Shown piece after piece: positions 30,100 to 40,728 of a DNA stretch of 64,000 nt. Each line of letters starts with the position of its first letter. Within the stretch, counting starts at the first letter, position 1. A program made the translations under genes and the position numbers. The stretch is from Octopus sinensis. Its lineage: Eukaryota. The notes beneath the pieces were generated by a model. That model made no database searches, was not told the DNA's origin, and saw nothing but the letters and a program-made list of their open reading frames with translations. Location of the stretch: the NCBI RefSeq assembly GCF_006345805.1, contig NC_043013.1, positions 24,614,001 to 24,678,000 of the forward strand, written 5' to 3'.

Positions 30100-30400
30100 G
30101 AAAACAAAAAAACAACAACAATGGAACAATTACAGTATTATTATTAATAGGCGCTCAGGAAATGGAAGCAGGAGGGTATGACGTTTCGAGCGGAGCTCTT
30201 CGTCGGAAACATAAAGAAGGAAGAGAGAGGAAAAAAAGATCCCAAAGCGGGCAACAGGGATAGAGAAAAAAAAAAAAAACGACTGGTGTTTACGAGTTAC
30301 ACATGGTGAAAGGCGGAAGTTTACGATAACAAGAGCAAAGTAGGTTTTTAAAGGCAAAAGAGTGGAGACAAGGTTGGTAACGCAACAGATGTGTGTGTAT
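30100..30400 (-). mobile_element. PLE-like 3' terminal repeat with miniature hammerhead-like motif (30177-30212)
   Basis: Minus strand CCGACGA-AGAGC-UCC-GCUC-GAAAC-GUC; pyrimidine-rich context as downstream of the GIY-YIG copy at 34.3-34.5 kb. Confidence 0.5.
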
Positions 30401-31147
30401 GTGTGAGTGTGTGCGTGTGCGTGTGTGTATGTGTGTGTGTGAGGCGAGATAAAAAAACAAAAAATATATGTATGTGTTAGTGTGTGCGTCTGTGTGTAGG
30501 CGTGTGAGGTAGGGCGAGGCAGTGGTAGGCATAGCAGGCACTGGTCAGTAGTAAGAAAAAGAAGGAATGAGGAAGGGAGGGGAAGGGGTGGGGGCGTATG
30601 TAGCGTGCCAGCGTGTGTTGAGTAGTAGTCTGTGTGTGTGTCCAGTGTCGTGGTAGTATTAATGGCGAGTAGATTGAATGTGTGTAAGAGTAATGTATAT
30701 ATTTAAGCAATGTGTGTATATGTGTGCGCGTGTGTGTAACAAAAAAGGGGGGGGGTTAAGGAAAAAGGACTCCAGCTGAGGGGAAGATGGAAGAGTGGTC
30801 CCGCGGAGACGGGCGTGGGAAAACCCAACGCCAAGCGACGGTCCCAAGAACGAGCGGGAGGCCTCGTCGGGTCCAAGAGCGAGGTGCATGCGGCGCGTAT
30901 GCGTGCGCGAACCGGCGCAAGCGCGTGTGTGCGCGCGCCTGCGAGTATGCGCGTAAGTGTGTATGTGTGTGGATGTGTGAGTGTGTCTGTGTGTATGTCT
31001 GGGTGTCAGTGTGTCCGATGAAATGTATGTGAGTATGTGTGTATATATGTGTGTGCATAGATGTATGTCCGTGTGTGTGTGTGTGTGTATGTGTATGAGT
31101 GTGTATGTATGTACGTGTGGGTGTGTGGAAGTGTGTGTATGTGCATG

Positions 31148-31178
<31 letters not shown>

Positions 31179-31388
31179 TATATATGTATGTATGTATATA
31201 TATATATGTATGTATATATGTATATATATATATATGTATGTATGTATGTATATATATATGTATATATATATGTATATATATATAAATATGTATATATGTA
31301 TATATATATATATATGTATGTATATATATATATATATGTATGTATATATATATATACATATATATATATGTATATATATATATGTATG

Positions 31389-31419
<31 letters not shown>

Positions 31420-31504
31420 ATATATATATGTATATATATATGTATATATATATATATGTACGTATATATGTATATATATATGTATATATATATACATACT
31501 CTTT

Positions 31505-31562
31505 TTTACTCTCTTACTTGTTTCAGTCATTTGACTGCGGCTATGCTGGAGCACCGCCTTTT
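31505..31562 (-). mobile_element. Isolated retroposon 3' tail (truncated SINE or LINE) related to the CR1-group tail
   Basis: ggcggtgctccagcatagccgcagtcaaatgactgaaac versus LINE tail ggcggtgccccagcatggccacagcttatgagctgaaac. Confidence 0.7.
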
Positions 31563-31572
31563 AGTCGAGCAA

Positions 31573-31616
<44 letters not shown>

Positions 31617-31660
31617 GTATATATATCTGTATATATGTATATGTATATATATATATATGT

Positions 31661-32286
31661 AAATATTAGTTATCGCCATACTAATATGGCATTCTTATAA
31701 AAATAAGAATAAAGCTGACCGCTTATTAGCTCCATGTTATATGGATACAGTTTGTGTATCAAATAGCTAACTTAAGGCGATGGCCTCATGGAGCTAATAA
31801 GCGGTCAGCTTTATTCTTATTTTTATAAGAATGCCATATTAGTATGGCGATAACTAATATTTTCCGGGAACGCTGCCGTGGTTCTCTTTTAGAGAGACTT
31901 AGTAATTTTAATATTTCTATTATTGAAAACAAGTGGATGTATTCCACCGAAGCTAGGTAAATAAAACCTTTGAACAGAGATTGTCGGAAGCGACACCTAC
32001 TGGTTTGGCTACGCTGCATTGAAAAGGGGCAATACCCCGAAACGCGTCTGTAGCTGCCGGCCAAGTAGTGTGGAGCGACTGACCTCCCTTGTTCAAAGGT
32101 TATATGGATACAGTTTGTGTAACAAATAGCTAACTTAAGGCGATGGCCTCATGGAGCTAATAAGCGGTCAGCTTTATTCTTATTTTTATAAGAATGCCAT
32201 ATTAGTATGACGATAACTAATATTTTCCGGGAACGCTGCCGTTGTTCTCTTTTAGAGAGACTTAGTAATTTTAATATTTCTATTAT
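31661..32286 (+). mobile_element. Retrozyme/PLE-pLTR-like element: 363-bp period, 188-bp direct repeats, 76-bp perfect 5' inversion
   Basis: 31736-31923 repeats at 32099-32286; 31661-31736 is the exact reverse complement of 31787-31862; a hammerhead lies between the direct repeats. Confidence 0.8.
32013..32054 (+). ncRNA. Minimal type I hammerhead ribozyme, U3-A8 variant
   Basis: GCUGCA-UUGAAAA-GGGG-CAAUA-CCCC-GAAAC-GC-GUC/UGUAGC; 6-bp stem I, 4-bp stem II, palindromic ACGCGU stem III. Confidence 0.75.
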
Positions 32287-32287
32287 A

Positions 32288-32339
<52 letters not shown>

Positions 32340-32340
32340 G

Positions 32341-32444
<104 letters not shown>

Positions 32445-32472
32445 TGTATATATATGTATATATATATATAAG

Positions 32473-32547
<75 letters not shown>

Positions 32548-32573
32548 CTATATATATATAAGTATATATATAC

Positions 32574-32610
<37 letters not shown>

Positions 32611-32613
<3 letters not shown>

Positions 32614-33509
32614 GTCATCCCATAAATAGTGAGGTTTTTCAATTGCATGAACTAAAAGTTGGAGGGGGTGAGATAAACTACCTGCATCAACTTGCTATAA
32701 AAGCAGGTAGTAATTGTACTTGGTCGTTCTTAGCGCAAGTTTTGAAGTGTTCAGTTCGATTTTAACAGTTACTTTTTGAAAAGCTATAATGGAAGTGACA
32801 AAAGAGCATATTCAGCATATTTTGCTTTGAGTTCAATAAAGGCAACAACGCAACAGAATGTGCGAGGAATATTAATGCGGTATATAGAGATTGGACAATA
32901 AGCGGAAGCCAGTTCCAGAAATTGCGAGCCGGAAACTGCAGCCTAGAAGACGACCTGCGTTCTGGATGATCTGTAGCGCTCGACGAGGACATCCTGAAAA
33001 CTCTGGTGGAACAAAATCCCATCGTTGTTGTTGATGAACTAGCAGAAAAGCTTGGATTTGGTTATTCAACCATTCAGCGACACCTGCGTGCCATCGGAAA
33101 AGTCAACAAATTGGGTCGATGTGTTCCTCACAAACTGTCCGAGTCTAATCGCGCGTAGAGAGTGAATGTGTGCTCTTCTTTGCTGTCACGTCTCACGAAT
33201 GAACAATAGTGACTGGTGACGAGAAATGAATTCTCTATAAAAATGTGAAGCTCTGAAGACAGTTGGTAGGGAAAGAAGAAACACCGGCACCCCAGGTTAA
33301 AGAAGGTCCTCACCCACGAAAGATGTTATCTGTTTGATGGGATATGAAAGCTTTAGTCTACTTTGAACTTTTAAACCCAAGCCAAACGATAATAAAGGGG
33401 AACTACTGCGAGCAGCTTGAGCAGCTTAAATAAGTCAGCGCTAGAAGAAAAACAACCATCTTCGGTTTCAAGATGAAAGGTCTTCTTCCATCAGGATAAT
33501 GCTCGGCCA
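32611..33509 (+). mobile_element. Mariner transposon, 3'-truncated and decayed
   Basis: Starts after (TA)n with tgggtcatcccataaa; MEVTKEHI..EFNKG, VPHKLS, VTGDEK, HQDNARPH remnants. Confidence 0.85.
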
Positions 33510-33528
33510 TCATCGTCCCTATTATATC

Positions 33529-33751
33529 TATTTCTTTATTACCCACAAGGGGCTAAACACAGAGGGGACAAACAAGGACAGACATAGGTATTAAGTCGAT
33601 TACATCGACCCCAGTGCGTAAATGGTACTTAATTTATCGACCCCGAAAGGATGAAAGGCAAAGTCGACCTCGACGGAATTTGAACTCACAACGTAACGGC
33701 AGATGAAATACCGCTAGGCATTTGGACCGGCGTGTTAACGTTTCTGCCAGG
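33529..33751 (-). mobile_element. tRNA-derived SINE (family 2) with 19-bp TSD
   Basis: Body gagttcaaattcc..gaggtcgactttgcctttcatcc..ggggtcgat; TSD tcatcgtccctattatatc at 33510-33528 and 33752-33770. Confidence 0.92.
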
Positions 33752-34527
33752 TCATCGTCCCTATTATATCACTGACTCCTTTACTTGCACTTCTAGCAAT
33801 GTCATTTACTGCATCTCCTGCTCTTTCTGTCCTCTGTACATCGGTCAAACGGGACGCCGTTTGGTTGACCTGTTCGAGGAGCACCTCCGAGATATTAGAC
33901 TCGACAATGACACCCCTGTCTCACGCCATTTCCGCTCTACTGGTCATTCATTACAACACCTGTCTGTGTTCGGATTGTCTTTGCACAGAGGTCATCTGGA
34001 CTCTTTCCTTCGTCGTGAACAAGAATTAATCTTCTTTCTTCGCTCCTTTGCGTCACATGTGCTCAACTCTCCTCCCCTCTTCATCCGACCTCCACACCAC
34101 ACCACATCACACCATTCCACTCCACACCGCTCCGCACACACTAGCACTAACCATTTCCCCGCAATCACACCATCACCCACTCATTACAGACACACACACT
34201 TACACACGCATACATTCACACGTCAAAGTCACCAGCCCTTATCCACACGCACACACACTCTCACATACACACACGCACCTTTGTTTGGGGATCACCAGTA
34301 CTTTATTATCTCCCCTTCTTCTTAGCTCTCCTGTATAACCACCTTTGTCCAACAAGTTGCCATGATTGACCACTAACTCAACAAGTATTTTTTTTATTCT
34401 CTCTGTTTTTTTCCTCTTGTTCCTTTCTGTTGAAGTGCGTAGGCTCGAAACGTAAAAGACTTTCAAACTAATACACCTGCTTGTTGTTTATACACCTGTC
34501 TTCGTCTTTTGTTTTTCTGTAAATTTC

Positions 34528-34530
<3 letters not shown>
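33752..34530 (+). mobile_element. Penelope-like element 3' end: GIY-YIG endonuclease remnant plus terminal repeat
   Basis: FTCTSSNVIYCISC..CPLYIGQTGRRL...EHLRDIR...PVSRHF...RREQELIF..L..N, followed by a miniature hammerhead-like motif at 34424-34457. Confidence 0.9.
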
Positions 34531-34577
<47 letters not shown>

Positions 34578-35067
34578 ATATGTGTGGACGTGCGTATATG
34601 GTTGCGCATGTATGAAATGTTTGTGGACTATTCTATGTGACACTGTTCCAATGAAACCAAGATATAGGTTGAAGGCCTGCAAGACTCGTCTCAATGTGAC
34701 TTTTCATCTTTATCGAAGATTTAATCAAAAGTATAAATATAGGTTATTTGTATCTGTGTGTCTATCTGCAAGTCGCTTTGCCGGTATGCCTCTGTATTAT
34801 GTTTTCCAATTTATGTATGCATACGTGCATCTGAACGAGCGAAAGCGTCTGTCTTGTGTGTGTATATAATATACGCGTGCGTGATGTGTGTGCCAACGTC
34901 TGAAAATAATTAACAATGTTGATTTATCTGTATGTATATAGATGTACGCTTGTATTAGTACATATGTATGCGTATAGCAGTCTGTGTGTTACTGTGTCTT
35001 TATGTTCCTGAGGCTGTATGTGTGCTTCTGTCTGTGTGTGTGCGTGTGTGCATGTGTGTGTGTGTGT

Positions 35068-35100
<33 letters not shown>

Positions 35101-35600
35101 CTGCCACTCTACTGCTGAGTGTATACCCCTGTGTGTATATGCGCGTATACCCATGAGTGAGTGAAAGCGTACGTCCTGCAACTGTATACATCTGCAGGCG
35201 TATGAGTGTATATATCTCTGTATTTATAACCATGCGTATGTTACTTTGTGTGTGTGTGTGTGTGTGTGTGTGTAGCATAGTCATATGGATAAGAAGTTCG
35301 AATCGCAATCACGACGTCCCACTGCTTAGTGTCTTCGGTAAGTGTTTTTCAATAGACATGAGTCAGCACATGGTTTGTGAGTAAAACTGAGTCTATGGAA
35401 ACTGTAGAGAAGCCCTAAGTTCGTGGTTCAGCAAAAGAGAACGATTGCATAAGTACCTCAAATAGGTGCTGGAGCCGATTTATTCGAAAACAACCCTTCA
35501 AGGTGGACTAAATTAATACGAAAGTTATATTTACATTCATGTACTTCATGTTATATGTATGCGCGTGTGTATTATGTATTTATTTGAAAGTATATGTATG

Positions 35601-35641
<41 letters not shown>

Positions 35642-37228
35642 GTACACACCACATACATAGACACACACACGCATTTACTCATCATATATATACACACACA
35701 GGCCCATATGCACTCACACACAATACATTCACACATACTCACAGACACTCACACAGACTTACACACACACACACACACTCATACTGACGTACACACACAC
35801 TCCAACACTGATGCATAGACACACACACGCACTCACATACAAACACACATATACAAACACTCACACACTCGTACTCATCGTGGTCGCTCGAAGTATTATG
35901 AATCTGCACTAAACAACAGGAATGAAAGCCATAGAGAATCACAGCATGTCCTGCTGTTCCATCTTGAAGCTAAATTGAGAAGCCGAGATAAGATTATCCC
36001 TAGAGATATAAGAAAGCTAAATCTGAAGGTGTATATGTAATGTTGTTCCTACCAACAACAGCAGCAGTTGCGTTACTGAACTACTGTTGGTTAGTCCCAG
36101 CCCCTTCATCAAACAGACATAGAATCTACGAGCGTAAATAAGGGCAGATGGAAAATACTTGTGATGCATATTGTATTTCTCAGTGAGGAATAGCCAACTC
36201 AAGTATCGCCCCGCACGGTGCAATCTATTGGTATGCTCTATATCAAGTACAATAATATCCGATGCGCCCCTCTTTTTTATGACGCTAGGTTACATGGGGA
36301 ACATTTAGCTGCTTTTTCTTGCAGTTCGAACGACCAAACAGAGGCTTCTGTGTTCTCGGTGTTATCGTTGTATAGCCTCAGGTCTGCCTCGTCGAGTTGT
36401 CATATAGTGAGCAAGTAGTCTATGTAAGCACGATCCTGGGACCATTTTCCTGATATGTTATGTCTTTGTCAACTATACTACACATTCCTAGGAAGGCCTG
36501 CAGAAATTTTGCTAGGCGGGCAAGATTGTTTTCAAAGGTCTCTACTCCGACGCAAAATTCAAGGAAGCCATATATTTCTCCCTTTTGGTGGGGATATTCA
36601 CGGTGGTGTTCTGTGATTCTATGGGACTCGGACCGACTTAGACGTATTGGTTACAGATACCTCTAACAGATCCAGCAATTTCCAACATGCAATGATGACT
36701 TGAATGGTGTACAGTGCAGTATGACTTTCTACAATTATGTATTGTTTCCACTCAGCACTCTCTTTTAATATGTCTGTTGATGTTTTAGCCCCATGTTGCT
36801 TTCAGTTGAGGAAACCTATGATGAAAGGCTTTCCGTCCGTAAACACACCGTCTTTTCCTATCTATTTCCGGGCACAGCGTACCTCTCATTAGGTTATCCA
36901 ATGATGCATCCTTCCAATTTAAAAACGGTTGGGTGTGATTTGATGGAGATTTGGCTGTTTTGTATAGCAGTCAAAGCTGCCGATGATTACAATACAATCA
37001 GACGGGAAGTTAGACTCGTATGTTGAGAAGGTTCGATGGATATGTAATTGATTCTGTTTAAAACAGAATTACTAATCTGACAAAAAAATTAATGATTTAA
37101 CTTATACATTGTACGTACGCGCACGTGCACATGCACACACACATACATACACACGCAAACACTCACACTAACATACATACTTACACACATGAAAGAATAC
37201 ATGTTTATATGTATGTATATAAGTGAAC

Positions 37229-37522
37229 GCGAGTGGCTTAGTGGATAGGGCATTCGGCTCACGATCGTAAGGTCGTGAGTTCAATTCCAGGCGATGCGTC
37301 GTGTCCTTAAGCAAGACACTTTATTTCATGTTTCTCCAGTCTAGTCAGCTGTACCTGTATTTCAAAGGACCAGCCTTGTCACACTCTGTGTCACGCTGAA
37401 TCTCCCTGAGAACTACGTTAAGGGTACACGTGTCTGTAGAGTGCTCAGCCACTTGCACGTTAATTTCGCGAGCAAGCTGTTTTGTTGATCAGATCAATTG
37501 GAACCCTCGTTGTCGTAACCGA
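37229..37522 (+). mobile_element. tRNA-derived SINE (family 3)
   Basis: A-box tggcttagtgg, B-box gagttcaattcc, then gtgtccttaagcaagacac and a conserved-looking body. Confidence 0.8.
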
Positions 37523-37726
37523 TGGCTGTATTCTTACATCTATCAGCTAGGGGGTTATGTACCTTCGGCTAGCAGGTCTGTTAAAGCGCACATATTGTTA
37601 ATAGCAATAATAGACGTGGAACCAATGGTAACTTCCTGACCGGTTATAATCAACGACTACATTGTGTGTGTGTATATATATATGTACGTACACACACACA
37701 CACATATATATATATATACACACACA

Positions 37727-37814
<88 letters not shown>

Positions 37815-37821
37815 GTGTGTG

Positions 37822-37854
<33 letters not shown>

Positions 37855-38017
37855 ACATATATATATACACACACACAATGTAGTCGTTGATTATAACCGG
37901 TCAGGAAGTTACCATTGGTTCCACGTCTATTATTGCTATTAACAATATGTGCGCTTTCATAGATCTGCTAGCCGAAGGTACATAACCCCCTAGCTGATGG
38001 ATGTAAGAATACAGCCA
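37523..38017. repeat. Near-perfect inverted repeat, 142-bp unique arms around a symmetric microsatellite core
   Basis: 37523-37664 versus 37876-38017; I count about 4 mismatches. Confidence 0.95.
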
Positions 38018-38370
38018 CCAAGTTGGGAAAAAATCCCTGAATCGAAAGTTTTCGAAGAGAAATCCCTTCCGAAGAGGGAATACCATGCAGGATCAAAGAA
38101 AAGCTCGTGAAACAGCCTGGACCATACCGCTACGGGAACAAATGATGCAAACTTTGGTTGGCTGAGAGGGCACGGATCAAAAGATTTTCACGGGATGGGG
38201 AGGGCAAGGATCAAGGATCACGGGATGGGGAGGTCTGCTTAAATTCAAGAAGTGAGATGTTTAGTCTTACTGATAATTAGATGTTTATAAGTTACCAGAT
38301 CACTTAATAACTTATAAACATTTAATTATTAAATTGGGAAAATTATCAGAAAAGCGATTTCTATTCACTT

Positions 38371-38502
<132 letters not shown>

Positions 38503-38676
38503 ACGACCTGGTGGGCATAACCCTAATTTACCCAACCAACATACCATAAAGTTTTTTGTAAAATATTAACAATTGAGTGTCAGCATAACAAAGCAGCCTA
38601 CATACAAAACAAATATATACGAACAAAAATAAATTAATGCTACACTAGACATGCAGTCAAAATATTTATAAAGTTA

Positions 38677-38744
<68 letters not shown>

Positions 38745-39189
38745 TCGGACTCAGAAAGCCGGCTTCACCAACTTTAGTTTCACAAGATTCGTAACTCTGG
38801 TTTCACCAAAATTGGCCTCACAAATTCGGTTTTCTAACCTCGGATTTCGAATCTTGGACTTAAACACGAATAAATCTAATGTCAAAGCAACAATTTAAAC
38901 TCAAAGTTCATGACACAAAAAGGCTGCCAGACTACATCAATAAATAGGCGGTGAGCTGGCAGAAGCGTTAGCACGCCGGGCGAAATGCGTGGCCGTATTT
39001 CGTCTGTCGCACATGTGTTCGTGGTAAAAATTGCTGTTTCTTGGTGTTAATATTGTTAATTACTGCTGTTTCTAATAACTGTTGTTTCTTGTTAAACTGT
39101 TGAATAACTTAACTGTTGGAGTTTTCATTTGAAAACACTTAGTGCTTGTAGTAGCACGCGTTGTTCATTCCCCCTTTGTGGGGAAGAAT

Positions 39190-40717
39190 GTCGTCTAGCA
39201 TGGAGCCTACCGTTGGAGCAGAAATACTTGTTTCTCCTGTTGAGAGGAGGAAATACGTGTCCGGCGAGGAGCCAACTACAGACAGGGAAATAAGGGTTTC
39301 CCCCGCTACAAGAAAGAATAGCAGAATAGATAATATATTTGATCTTTTTGGAGATGTGTCTGAAAGCTCGCCAGAACTTTCACCAGAAGAGTTTCTGACT
39401 TTGCCAGAGAACAAAGGCATTGTGTCGAAAAGAATAACTGATGTACCTAGCATCCAGACAGAACCAAAAAATGGGGAAAAAAGTTTTGCGTTGGCAGCTG
39501 GGGGTGGAACCCGGCTGCTGTCGACGAATAAGAGCGACTTTATGAAATACAGCCAAATGATGAAAATAACTGACAACGTTGTGAAAATTGAACCTCCGGA
39601 AAAGTTACTACAAGAAGAAAAACAAAAAACAATAATTTTCAAAACATATTGTCTACAAAAAAGGAAAATTGAAAGAATGTCGGAAGAGAAAATAGAAAAG
39701 TGCTTAAAGCCAATATGGGGCGACGTAGTTTATCTGAGAAGAGGCAAGAAATTCGGAACGGTGGAAATAAGGTTCACCAATAAAGAAATATCACACAGGA
39801 ACTCAGTAGAAATGCTGAAAACGAACTACGTGGAGCCCATTCCCTATTATAGGGGGATGAGAACGTCCAGAATATAAATTACATGGGTCCCACCGGAAGT
39901 GGACCCTATGTGGTTGTTCGCGGCAGTCCTAATCAACGAGGAAGAAAAAATTACTCTCCTCCGGGCTACCGCTACCGAAAACGCACACTGGGATGGTCAG
40001 ACAATTAATCTCCTCATTCAAGCCGACCCTAAAATAATTCAAGCAATTCCCGAGACAATTGAGGTAGGGAAGGAGAACATCGTGGTGTTTGTTGAGGGCC
40101 GAAAACCACGATGTTTTTTATGTGGTCAATTAGGCCACATTCGAAGGAACTGCAAGGAAAATGAGGAAGAGGAGGAAGAGGAGAAAAAAGACAAAGAGGA
40201 AGAAGAAAAAGAAGAAACAGATGAGAAAAAAACAACAAACAAAAGGGAAATACAACCAGCAACTCAACCGAGAGCGGCGACTACTACAGAACAACGACCA
40301 AAAAAGACTGCCATAAGAGAAAAAAAAGAAAAAGGCATAATAACCGTATACACTAAAGATACTGAGCTCATGAGAGACATTCAACTGATAAAGACTGTAA
40401 AAAAAATAGATAACCTTTCAGAGGAATTTATCAATTACGACATATATGAAGTCTCAAATAAGACTCATAGAATTTTACAAAACAAATAGAGAAAGACAGT
40501 ATCTTCATTGAGATTAGATTTTAACAAGTCGATATTTCATGGATTACCAACCCCGATCCCGCAAGAAAAGGAAAAGGTGGAGACTCCCCCTCCACCTGAT
40601 AATTCTGTGTCGGTGGTGAGACGGGATTTTGACAAATCTATTTCCCAAGACCGTCCACCTCCGACCCTGGATCAAAAAAAGGTGGAGGGTCCCCCTCCAC
40701 CGGACAATCCTGATTAA
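39190..40717 (+). pseudogene. Tx1 A ORF1 (RRM-like region, zinc knuckle, charged linker, C-terminal domain)
   Basis: ORFs 39161-39877, 39899-40489 and 40508-40717; the RRM call is inference from Tx1 ORF1 architecture. Confidence 0.8.
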
Positions 40718-40728
40718 ACAGGTAAGTC

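Noticed and set aside
30770-30960. CpG-rich patch as a promoter or CpG island
   Set aside because: Short, grades into (TG/CG) microsatellite, and lies beside a PLE-like tail; no independent support.
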